This document shows positions 11,717-22,500 of a stretch of 64,000 nucleotides of DNA, piece by piece; within the stretch, counting starts at the first letter, position 1; each line of letters starts with the position of its first letter. The notes beneath the pieces are model-generated. The model saw only the letters and a program-made list of their open reading frames with translations. It did not search any database and was not told the DNA's origin. The position numbers and the translations under genes are program-made. Origin of the DNA: Monocercomonoides exilis PA203 (lineage: Eukaryota > Protista > Preaxostyla); assembly GCA_001643675.2 (NCBI GenBank), contig LSRY02000035.1, forward strand, positions 558,001 through 622,000. Reading direction: 5' to 3'.

Positions 11717-14505
11717 ATGCCAAAAGTTCTGATAATTGTCAGAGGAACCGATGAGACATTGACAGGGAAAAATCGAGTTTATGTAAATCCCAAAGTTATG
11801 AAGGAGTTGGCAGAAGGATTTGATGCAACAGGTGCGATGTTTCCAACTGTTGAATTGGTTGCCCAGTCACCTGAATTGAAAGAAAAAAGGTTACTATACC
11901 AAATGGACGTATCGCATACATGTCCTGAAAATGGAATTATTTTGAATAGTTGTCAAAGAAAGCTTCTTGGAGCAGAAGGAGCACAAGTGTTAATTCGCCG
12001 AGTTTCTGTTGCTTCAATACCTCCTGCTGATTCTGTGATTTTTTTCATGCAACGTCTTGGACGTGCAATTGTGGATACAACATTTAATGTCACGGAGATG
12101 AAGAAACTTGCACACGTATTATATGATACACAAATCCTGTCTGAGGGTCAAATTATAATTTTTAAATTTAACGGAAATTCTTTGCAGTTAACTGTTAAGA
12201 GATATGAAGTTTTACCTTCGCTTGTTGAAGCAAATGAAAAAGAAGCACTTGTCTCACAATTGATGCCTGGGAGAAATCTTGGACCAGAACAAGTAAAATT
12301 TGTTACTTTGGATGCTACGACTTCGATTGATTTTGAAGCTCCACCAGATCCAAAAATGAAACTTGTTGGTGCGCGTGTTGGGTTTGTTTTGTTTTTTGAT
12401 TCATTTCGTATTATAATATTTTTTGTTTTAAATATCTTTACTTATTTTTTTTTTCTGATAAAGTTTGGATATCTTTAAAAAGGGGATCACACCTAAAGAA
12501 CTAGGGATTGGAGGTCTTTCGAAACAGCTTGGAGTTCTTTTCCGTCGAGCATTTATTACTCGAGCAATTAGTGCAGAAGAAGCAGCATCTTTAGATGTGC
12601 AGCACATCCGTGGTGTCTTGCTGTATGGACCGCCAGGAACAGGAAAAACGCTTATTGCTCGGCAGATTGGGAAAATGCTGCACACACGTGAACCGAAGAT
12701 TGTTTCAGGACCGCAAATTCTGAACAAGTTCGTGGGGCAGTCTGAAGAGAACATTCGGGAGCTGTTTGCTGATGCTGAAAAGGACCAGGCAGACAACGGC
12801 GAGGCTTCTGATTTGCATCTTATCATTTTTGATGAACTGGATGCTATTTGCAAGGCAAGAGGTTTGGAAATTGCAGATAATTGAATTATTTTTGAATTAA
12901 ATAACTGTTTTTTTTTATATTTTTCAATTTTTCTTTTGATTATGTTTATATAAAAATTACTTAATTTGATGTATGGCGAAAAACAATAAATAAAATCAAT
13001 GAATAAAATCACTAAACGAATTGCCACACAAATAAATGTTTCAACAACAACAACAAGGCTCGACCTCTGGCGGGACTGGTGTTGGGGACTCTGTTGTGAA
13101 TCAGCTGCTGGCGAAGATGGATGGAGTGAACAGCCTCAACAACATCATCGTGGTGGGTATGACCAACCGAATGGACATGATGGACCCAGCGCTTCTTCGC
13201 CCAGGGCGTTTTGAGCTGCACATTGAGGTGTCTCTGCCGGACGAGAAAGGCAGACAGGAGATTCTCGACATCCACACGAGCGTCATGCGGAAGGGCGGGC
13301 ATTTGGCACCTGACGTTGACTTGGCACACATCGCAGCCATCACAAAGAACTACTCAGGCGCTGAGCTTGCTGGCGTGGTGAAAGCTGCGCTGTCGAGGGC
13401 GATTGACCGCAAAATCAACATCGAAGAGAAGTTTGGGCTGACGAAATCGACGTCTTCTGCTTCGTCCAGCGCGTCGAGTGCAACGGCCAGCTCTTCCACA
13501 ACGCCTTCCTCAGCCAGCCGGCCAGGGGAAGCCGGAGGAGAGAAGGATGTGCCGATCATTGTGTGCCAGGAGGACTTCATTGAAGGTGTGGGAGAGGTCA
13601 TCCCGCAGCTCGGGGCAGAGGAGTCGTCAATCACCCGGTTCATCGAAGGCGGCATCGTCGACTACGGCCCCCGCTGGCGTGCTCTTTATGAGGAGGTGTC
13701 GAAGCTGCTGAAGGTGGATCCCACAGCCACGCGCAACCGCTGGACGAAGTCGCTTCTGCTGGCTGGGAAGTACGGCGTGGGGAAGACAGCGCTGGCTGCG
13801 CTCGTTGCGAAGGAGAGCGGGTATCCGTTTGTGCGCATTCTGACACCCGACTGGCTGAACTCGAAGGCCACCGACACAAACGGCATTGCCTTTGCGCTCA
13901 ATGCAGTGTTCCAAGACGCGCTGAAGTCGCCGCTGTCGCTGGTGGTGATTGACAAGCTGGAGTCGTTCATCAAGTTCACCAGCCATGCGAGCTACAACCA
14001 GGTGATAGCGCAGCTGATCGACGACTGGCTGGGGGTGATCCCGCCAGAGGGGCACAAGCTGTTCATCATCGCAACCACCTCGCGCTACGACGAGCTCTGC
14101 GGAAGAGACGGCGGGCTGCGCATGCTGCAGGCGAATGCAGCGTACAGCAGACTGCTGCGTGAGCAGAAGGAGCGCGGAGAAGAGCCGAAGGAAAGGAGCA
14201 CCCCGAAAGGATCAGCTGTTCTGCGGTCTGACTGGATGAGTGGCACCATCCTGGCTGGCTATCGGTCGGTGGTTGCTGTGCCTGGCCTCTGCGACGAGGA
14301 TGAGGTGAGTGCTGTGCTGGAGTCGCTGAACCCCAGCTGGCCAGAAGGGAAAGCCGCAGCCATCGCGAAGCAGATGGTGGATTTGCTTAGCGGTGAAATT
14401 CCAATAAAGACTATCATAAACGCCAATGACGATGCCAAAGCTGATAATCCTGATGACTCTTCGAGTATCTTTATGGAATGCTTTGAGCGTTATCTTGAAA
14501 TGTGA
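11717..14505 (+). CDS. NSF: Vesicle-fusing AAA+ ATPase NSF/Sec18 (3 exons, ~836 aa)
   Basis: Exons 11717-12381, 12464-12861, 13058-14505. Motifs: LGIGGL...FRRAF, Walker [29 protein letters not shown], Walker [18 protein letters not shown]|[26 protein letters not shown], and a second Walker A GKYGVGKT. Confidence 0.95.
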
Positions 14506-14808
14506 TTCTTTTAAAATAAATCTCAAAAGATTCGTTTATATTTTAGATAAAAAATTTTTTGTTGAATTTTATTCGAGTGTCTAACTATATTAATCTTTTT
14601 CATTGATATTAAGCCTCAATCATAATTTCTTTTTAGTTTAAATGCGTGTTTTTTGCATATATTAAAATAATAACTTGACAAATTATTTAAAGTACTTATC
14701 AATTTTATTTCATGTATTAATTTTTGCTATTGTGTGTTTCGCAGGATGAGGTTATTATTTGTATTAAAATCATTTATGATCAAATTTTCCATAATTATAT
14801 CATTTTAT

Positions 14809-15753
14809 ATGTCTGGTTGGAAGCCACGTGAAATCGAACCAATTCTTATAGAAGCGGGAGAAATCGATTGCTGGACGCCTGACCCATGCAAAGTTGTTAA
14901 AAAAATCATTCGAGAAGGTTCTGGAGATCGTCCTAGCAAAGGAATGAATGTTAGAGTTCATTATGTTGGAACTTTGACTGATGGAACAGAATTCGATTCG
15001 TCAAGAGAAAGGAAAAAGGTTTTCGAATTTAACATTGGAGAAGGAAAAGTTATAAAAGGATGGGATATTGGAATTGCAACAATGCAAGTTGGAGAAATTT
15101 CGATTTTTAAGATTGCCCCAGATTATGCATATGGAGTGATGGGAAAAGAACCAAAAATTCCTTCAAACGCTAATCTTATTTTTAATATAGAAATGATTGC
15201 TTTCTTTCCCACTCCTACTTCAATCGAAGAGAAGATGGCATACGGAATTGAGAGGCGCCTTCAAGGGAATGATTTTGTGCAAAAGGAACTTTGGGATTAT
15301 GCTGGCGATCAATACGAAAGAGGAATTGAAATGTGCGAGAATATTGAATGTGCCTCTGATCTGATGAAAGCGGAACATATCAAGCTCATGCAAGCACTCT
15401 TTCTAAACAGAGCACTGTGCTATTTGAAGGTTGGAGCATTTAAGGAATGTATTGATGATTGCACACGTGCTTTGAAATACAATCCCAAAAATGCAAAGGC
15501 ATATTTTCGTCGTGGATCTGCATACAAAGGACAGAGAGAATGGGATGCAGCAATCGCAGATTTCACAAGGGCAGCAAAAATTGCTCCAAACGACAAGACA
15601 ATAAGAGATGAACTTTCATTTGTTATGGATATTAGACAGAAGGAAACGGCAAAACAAAAAGCTACATATACAACATTATTTGAGAAAATGAAGGAGGAAA
15701 ATGAAGAAGAATCAGGAGAAAAGAAGGAGGAAAGAAAAGAGGATGAAAAATAA
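14809..15753 (+). CDS. FKBP-type peptidyl-prolyl isomerase with C-terminal TPR repeats (FKBP51/52-like co-chaperone)
   Basis: VRVHYVGTLTDGTEFDSS, VIKGWDIG, APDYAYG...IPSNANLIF, then three TPRs (LNRALCYLK, NAKAYFRRG). Start placed at ATG 14809 because the upstream in-frame sequence is AT-rich and non-coding-like. Confidence 0.92.
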   Translation: MSGWKPREIEPILIEAGEIDCWTPDPCKVVKKIIREGSGDRPSKGMNVRVHYVGTLTDGTEFDSSRERKKVFEFNIGEGKVIKGWDIGIATMQVGEISIFKIAPDYAYGVMGKEPKIPSNANLIFNIEMIAFFPTPTSIEEKMAYGIERRLQGNDFVQKELWDYAGDQYERGIEMCENIECASDLMKAEHIKLMQALFLNRALCYLKVGAFKECIDDCTRALKYNPKNAKAYFRRGSAYKGQREWDAAIADFTRAAKIAPNDKTIRDELSFVMDIRQKETAKQKATYTTLFEKMKEENEEESGEKKEERKEDEK

Positions 15754-16566
15754 TCTCCTTAACTTGTGTGTCTTGTATTATTTTTGCGTATAATTATTCT
15801 ATATAATTATTTCTTATCGTTCGTTTTTCATTTCATAATTATATATTTTTTGATTGAATTTAAATTTTAATTAAAAACGAAATACTTATAAATTTTTTTA
15901 AACTTTCAAAGATCATAATGCCAAACAATTTTCATAAAATAATTTTAGGAAGAAAGATGCACACAATATGAAGCTAAATGGGAGATTCTTTTTGAATTCA
16001 AAAAAAAAAAAAGAATTCTTCAAATTTTTCTGATATTCAGATTCCAGTGCTAATTTCTTACCATTTTCTTGTTGTTTTTCTTTTTACTTTTTTTAACATT
16101 CTGCGATTAGAAACGCTTTAAACGTTTTTGAAAAAGATTTTTTCATACCATACCGAATTCCAACATTTTGATCAACTTTGAATAGACAACAATGCGATAC
16201 AAAAATGAATGCTTCCAATCATCTTCATTCCTCCATCCATCTTGTGCAACATTTAATATTTGATGAAAAAAAATGATTTTTTATTAACTTTTTCTGCTTT
16301 CATGTCACAGCAAGTCAGACATTATAATGTTTTCAAATATATATATATAAACGAAAAAGGTTCAAAATAGCTTTTTAGAACAAAATTCAAAAGAAAAAAT
16401 AATACATCCCATTTTTTGTATTTTTTGATCATTATTGAATGAATAATGTGCCAAAAAACTTTTCAAACAAATTGTTCTTGGATGCATCTGAACAGCTTTT
16501 CAACATTATATCATTGACAAAAACAATGGTTGAATAGTTCACTCATCACCCATATTCAAATACAAA

Positions 16567-19500
16567 ATGAGTTTCCTGCTTTTTATTGTCTGGATAGCGT
16601 TGCTTTACAGCTTTGAGATTATTGATGAACATGAGATTAACGACTTGAAATTCAATGCTGATTCTCAAAATGTTCATATTATGAATCAAGGATTGCTCTT
16701 CAATGTTTTAGACGAAACAATTGGTAAACGTGATTTCCAAGGTGTAAATACAAAAAATAATACAAATGAAGACAAAACTGCCTGCATTGATGTCAAAGCA
16801 AAAAGATCTATTCAACAGCAAGTAGAATGCTTTGCCAAAGAAAAAAGCAGTGTTTCAAATGATATGGATTATCATTTGGTGAATGATAAGAGTCAGTTGA
16901 AGATTATTCGTGATTCGAAAAGTGTTTTTCACAATCCAAGATCCACCGTGATGACGATGGTCAATTTTGGAAATTCGAGTTGTGAAATGAAATATTTGAT
17001 GCTTATCAAAGAAAAGAGAAGATCTGTCATCATTATCAACGACTTGTCCACAGTTTTTATTCATTGTTGTTCAATCCATCAAAGAGAAGCATTAAGTGAT
17101 TATTTATTCACACTGAATGAAGGACATTTGATTCTGAGTAACACTTCTTATTTGAGTGCTGAATTTGCTGAAATTATTGAACCATTTGTTGGTTGCGATA
17201 AAATGAGTTCAGAGAAAATGAAAAAAGACTTGAAAATCATTGATTCTGATTTTTCTTCATTTTCTCTTGGAAGATCAACTTCTCTTTTGGCAAGCACAGA
17301 CATTTGGAAAATATCAGTTTTCAACTGCCATTTTTCGAATATCTCACAAAGTGCAAGAATCCAAAACAATCAAAGCTCGATAGGCAACTCGAAAAATGAT
17401 TATCGTTTCGAGGGATGTTTTGTGGAAAAAGTTGAGTCACCACTTGGAGGAGGATTGGTTGAAGGGATGCGATCAGAATATAATCATTTTTTGGCTCTGA
17501 ATTCGTCGTATTCTCAATGCGTTCGGAGAGATAATGCAGATCCAGTGATTGGAAACAAAACAATGAAAAGACAAGCAATCTCATCTGGAGATGCAACATT
17601 TGTGGATTGTGATTTCAACAACCTTTCAACTGAAAATTCATCAAACACAAATGGTGGTGCAATTCTTTTCTCTTCTTCTGGAATCTTAAATGTCACCTTG
17701 TGTAAATTTCATTCATGTCACAGCAGTTATTGTGGTGGAGCAATTTCATCAAGACAATCCGGAAAGAATTTCGCAGTCACATCATCTAAGTTTGATTCTT
17801 GCACAGCAGAAGCTTCAGGCGGATGTATAGATTTTTATTATGTTTCGACTGTTTCAATGAAGAGTATGAATTGTTCAAATAGTTCAACAAAACACGTTGG
17901 AGGAGGAATATTCTTTGATCACAATGAATATCAAGGGCTTGTTGAGAATTGTCATTTTTATTGCTGCAGAAAGAACACAACACAATATAATGGAGGTGGA
18001 GATGTTGGATTTTATAGAAATGGAACTGCCATTTTATCTGATTGTTCATTTTGTGGAGGATACAGCGAGAAAAATGGAGCAGGAGTTGGTTGGTTGGAAA
18101 TGACAGGAATCAGTGATTCTCAGATTAAATTTTGTTTCTTTTCAAATAACACGGCAGTAAATCTGGGGCACGATGTTTATGTTGCTGAGGGATGGACAAA
18201 CATCAATGAAAATTCGTTTGTGTATTGTCGTTCAAGCACAAGTGCAAGCAGCAACCGAGTGGTCAAAGGAGAAACAGGATACGACAATTGGGTTCCAAAG
18301 ATCTTCTTCAACCCAGTATTTGTGAACTCAATGGAAGGACTGGATCACATGGCCTGTGGGTTTGTGAGAGCAGGAGATGAATATGGAAGGAGATGCAAAA
18401 CAATCGAGTTTGGAATGAGTGTGTTGGATGGTGATAGAAGCAGCAATGAAGTGATCATTGAGTTTGGGGATTATGAAGAAAACAAAATTGATGTTGGAAA
18501 AATGAGGATTGCATTTGAGGGGAAAGACAAAGCACAAGTGGTTGTTTTCAACAGATCACCAAATGGAGAATCGTTGGTGGCCATTGGCACAGGAGAAGGA
18601 AGTTTCAGAAAAATCACATTTGTTTGTGGAGAGAATCCATCGTCTCATTTGATGGAAGTGTTGGCAGAAGAAGGGATGTTGAAATTGGTTGAGTGTGTGA
18701 TCACCGCATTGAATAACGAAGAAGGCTGTGTTTTCACAGCATCGCTGATGATTGTCCAAAAGGGATCTGTCAGTTTTGATTCTGTTGAGATCAATGGAAT
18801 ATCGTTTTCATCTGTTCCAGCATTCGAGATCAGAGGTGAAAGCTCACTGTCTTTCCAGATGAACAATGTTGATGCACATGGTATTTCTCGAGCGAGTGGA
18901 GATGGGAGTGTGATTTGTGGGAATCTGGTGAATGGGATGAATGTGAATATTTCAGGGGGAATGATGAGGAACTGCGAGTGTGAGGATGGGTGTGGAGGAG
19001 GGATGTGGATTCAACTGGATGAATGCTCGAAGATGGAGATCGGGAATGTCTCAAGTGAAGGTGCTGATGATAATGTGGATTGTGTGACATTCAGCAGTTG
19101 CAGCTGTGTGGGGAAGGGAAATGGAGTTGGACGATATGGCGGAGCTATTTATCTGGATGTTGTTGATGAGGGTTGTGCTTTTTGCATCCATTGTGCTCGT
19201 TTTGAGAATTGCCAAGCAGAGAAAGGGAACAACATATTTGTGAATGCAAAGTGTCTGAGAGATGTTGTGAATCACATCACATTTCGTTTTGAGTGTGAGG
19301 GGATGATAGACAGTGACTTATTGGGATTTGAGGATGGGTGCAGGGAGGAGTGTGTGCCACTTCTTCCATTTTTGATGGAGGCTGGGGATGTTGGATTTGT
19401 GGGAGGAGAGAAAAGCTTGGACTTCAGCAGATGCGGAATGGAGCAGTATCCGTGCTCATCGATCAACAAAGTGGTTGAGTTGTGGTATGGGGCTGTGCCA

Positions 19501-22500
19501 CGAACAATCCGAATCAAAAATGGATTTGTGCTCTGTGAAGAGGTTGTGATGGAGAGCCAGTTTTGGAATGTGACAGGCACAATTGGAGACACTGCTGTTG
19601 AGGTTGTTGTGCCTCCTGCTGCTCTGTTTGACTCAGAATGTGTGATCAGAGTTTCATCAGAAGCATTGCTGAAAGATATGTGCTTTTCGCTTCCATCAGC
19701 ACTTTCTCCAGCCTCTTCATTCATCCTTTCCTCTTCAAATGCTTTGAGTGTCAGTGATTGCTCAATTGAGCCTGCCATCGGAAACTCACTGAATGAAATC
19801 GAATTCTGTGTTTTTCAGATTGATGGAGGAGTTCTGCACATGACAGGCTTCTCGAACAAAGGATCATTAAACACCTTGTCAGATCCAATAATCAGATGTG
19901 GCGGAGAATGTTCAGCTGTATTTTCAAATTGTGTTCTGACTGGAATTTCGAGGAGAAATGGAGGAGGAAGCTGTTTGGAAAGAATATGTGAGGAAAGTGA
20001 AAGTGAAAGTGAGAGTGGAGATGCTTCTGTTGCTGTTGTTATTGTTGTTTCTGGTTGCACATTCAGTGAATGTTGTGTTGAAGAGAAAGATGAATGTGGT
20101 GGAGGAATGAAGATTTCGATCAACAAAGATGAAGAGGTTGTGATAAATGGGTCAACCACGTTTGATGGATGCAAGTCAGAGAATGAAACAGACTCAAATG
20201 GAAGAGGAGGAGGGGTGATGATATCTGTTGGAAGTGGAGGGAGCTTGAAGATGAAGGAAGTGAAGTTTGAAGGATGTGAAGTGCCATCAGGTGAGAGTGA
20301 TGAGGTGGGGAGAGGAATGGGAGGAGGGATGTTTGTTGAACTTCCCAATGAATTGGGAACATTCATTTTGGAAGGAATGATATTTGAGGGATGCAAAGCC
20401 TGGAAAGGGAATAATGTGTTTGTTTCAGGATGGAATCTGAGAGAGATTGTGAATAAGGAGCATTTGAAATGGGAGATGAGTGATGAGGAGTTGAGGTCAT
20501 TGGATGAGTTGTGTGGATGGGAGAGGAAGACAACAGGAGAGGGATATGTGATTCCACTTGTTGTGTATTTGTGGTCAAATTGGAGCGAGATTGGGTATGT
20601 TTCGAAAGAGAAAGGAGGAGACTTCAGCGGGTGTGGGTATTCAGAAGCACCATGCTCATCAATCAATCACTTGATATCGCTGAGATATGGAACACTTGGA
20701 GGAAGTGAATCACATGTGATAATTGTTGATTTAGTGCTCCTTCAAAATTCATTGCGTTTGATTCAGACAGATTCAGATACACCAAAAATATCAATAGAAG
20801 GAGAAGAAAATGGAACAGTTTTGAGGATTGAAGAAGAAAAGGAAATAGATGGAGAAAATGGAGAGGCAATGGTTGCTTCGGAAGTGATTCTCTCATTTGT
20901 GAATGTTTCATTTTCTCTTCCAAATGTGCTTGTCCACTACCTGGCATTCCTCAAATCATCATCAATGAATGGTGCCCTTTCTGTGAAAAGCTGCTCATTT
21001 GTTGGTGGAGATGCTTCAAAAGTAACGGATTTCTGCTTGGTGAAAGTGGATGAAGGAAGTGTGGTAATTGAAGATTGTACTCTGAAAGAATTCCATTTTT
21101 CGCAAGGTTTTGTGGAATTGTCTTCAGATGTGAAAGTGGCAGATGTGATGAATCTGTCGATCACCAACACAAGCATTTCGGGAAGGAGTCTGATTTCGCT
21201 CAGTGAATCTGCACTCTCATCAGCCAGCTTATTGAAAGAAGCAAAGATGCTGATAGGGAAAAAGGATGGAGATGGAGTGATATTGCTGAGCATCAACAGC
21301 TCGTCATTCACAAGCATCACATGCAATGATAGCAGAGCCACTGTTCTGAATGGTGGCTCATTTGATGGTGGAATGAAGTGCTGTGTAGAGAAGTGTGTGA
21401 TGACAAAGTGTCAGAGTGAATGGAGCGAAGAGGGAGGAGGGATGAAAGTGAATTTGAAGAGCAGAGTGAGTGAGTTGAGAGTGAGTGGCTGCTCGTTTGG
21501 GATGTGCATTTGTTCCACAGTGAAGGGGAGAGGAGGAGGGCTGATGGTTGATGCATCTGGCTTGGATAGAGTACAAGCAGATACAGGAGATGCACTGCCT
21601 TTGGGAATAATGATCGAGAGCACCAGATTCACAATGAATGATGCGCTTGTGGGGAAGGATGTGTTCATCTGGTGCAAGTGGATTGAAAAGCAGATCAATG
21701 AGAAGCTGTTCTCGCTGGACTTCAGCCAGGATGCTCTGAAGTCGAACAACTCGATTTGTGGAAGCGATGAAGAGAAAACAGATATTGATTTGATCCCGCT
21801 GATCACATTCTATTATGGGCAGCAGGTGTTTGTGAAAGCGATTGGTAGGGATATCAGGCAGTGTGGAGAGCAGACGAATCCGTGTAAAAGCATCAGCTGC
21901 AGTGTGGATCACATTCAAAGAGGTGTTGCAAATATTGTTTTTATTGATGAAGAAGGGATGATTGGAGGAGAATGTGAAATTGGAGATTTGAGTGTTAAAT
22001 CAATGAAGAAGTCGAAGGCGACAGTTCATTTCAATGCAACAATTCAAGAGATAGGAAACGAAGGGAGCATGATCATGTTTGTGAATGAGTGTGTTGTGGA
22101 GATGTGTGTGCTTGAATTTTGGGGGTTGTATGAAGCAAATCACAGAAGCATAATGAAAGTGAAGAACGGGACAACTGTAATGAGAGAATGTGAATGCTTG
22201 TCATCCACAACTGAATTGGTCATTAACAATATTGTGATGGCAGTCGAAGGTGGAAAACTGGAGATGGACAAGTGTGCATTCACGAGAATGAAATTATGTG
22301 TGCCTTTGATAGAATTTGTTGGGGAATCTGAAGCAACCATTTCAGAAACAAATATTGATTGTTTGGAATTAGAGGGAAATATGATTGAAGTTGAAGATAG
22401 AGCAAGAGTGGAGATGAAGGAGATGGATATTCAGAACATCACTCTCTCAAGAGGTGGAAGTGCTGTGCATATGCAGAACTTGGCGAAGAATGAGGTTTTA

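Noticed and set aside
14734-14808. Upstream GTG/ATG start for the FKBP gene
   Set aside because: AT-rich, UTR-like sequence; non-ATG starts from the track are not expected in this eukaryote.
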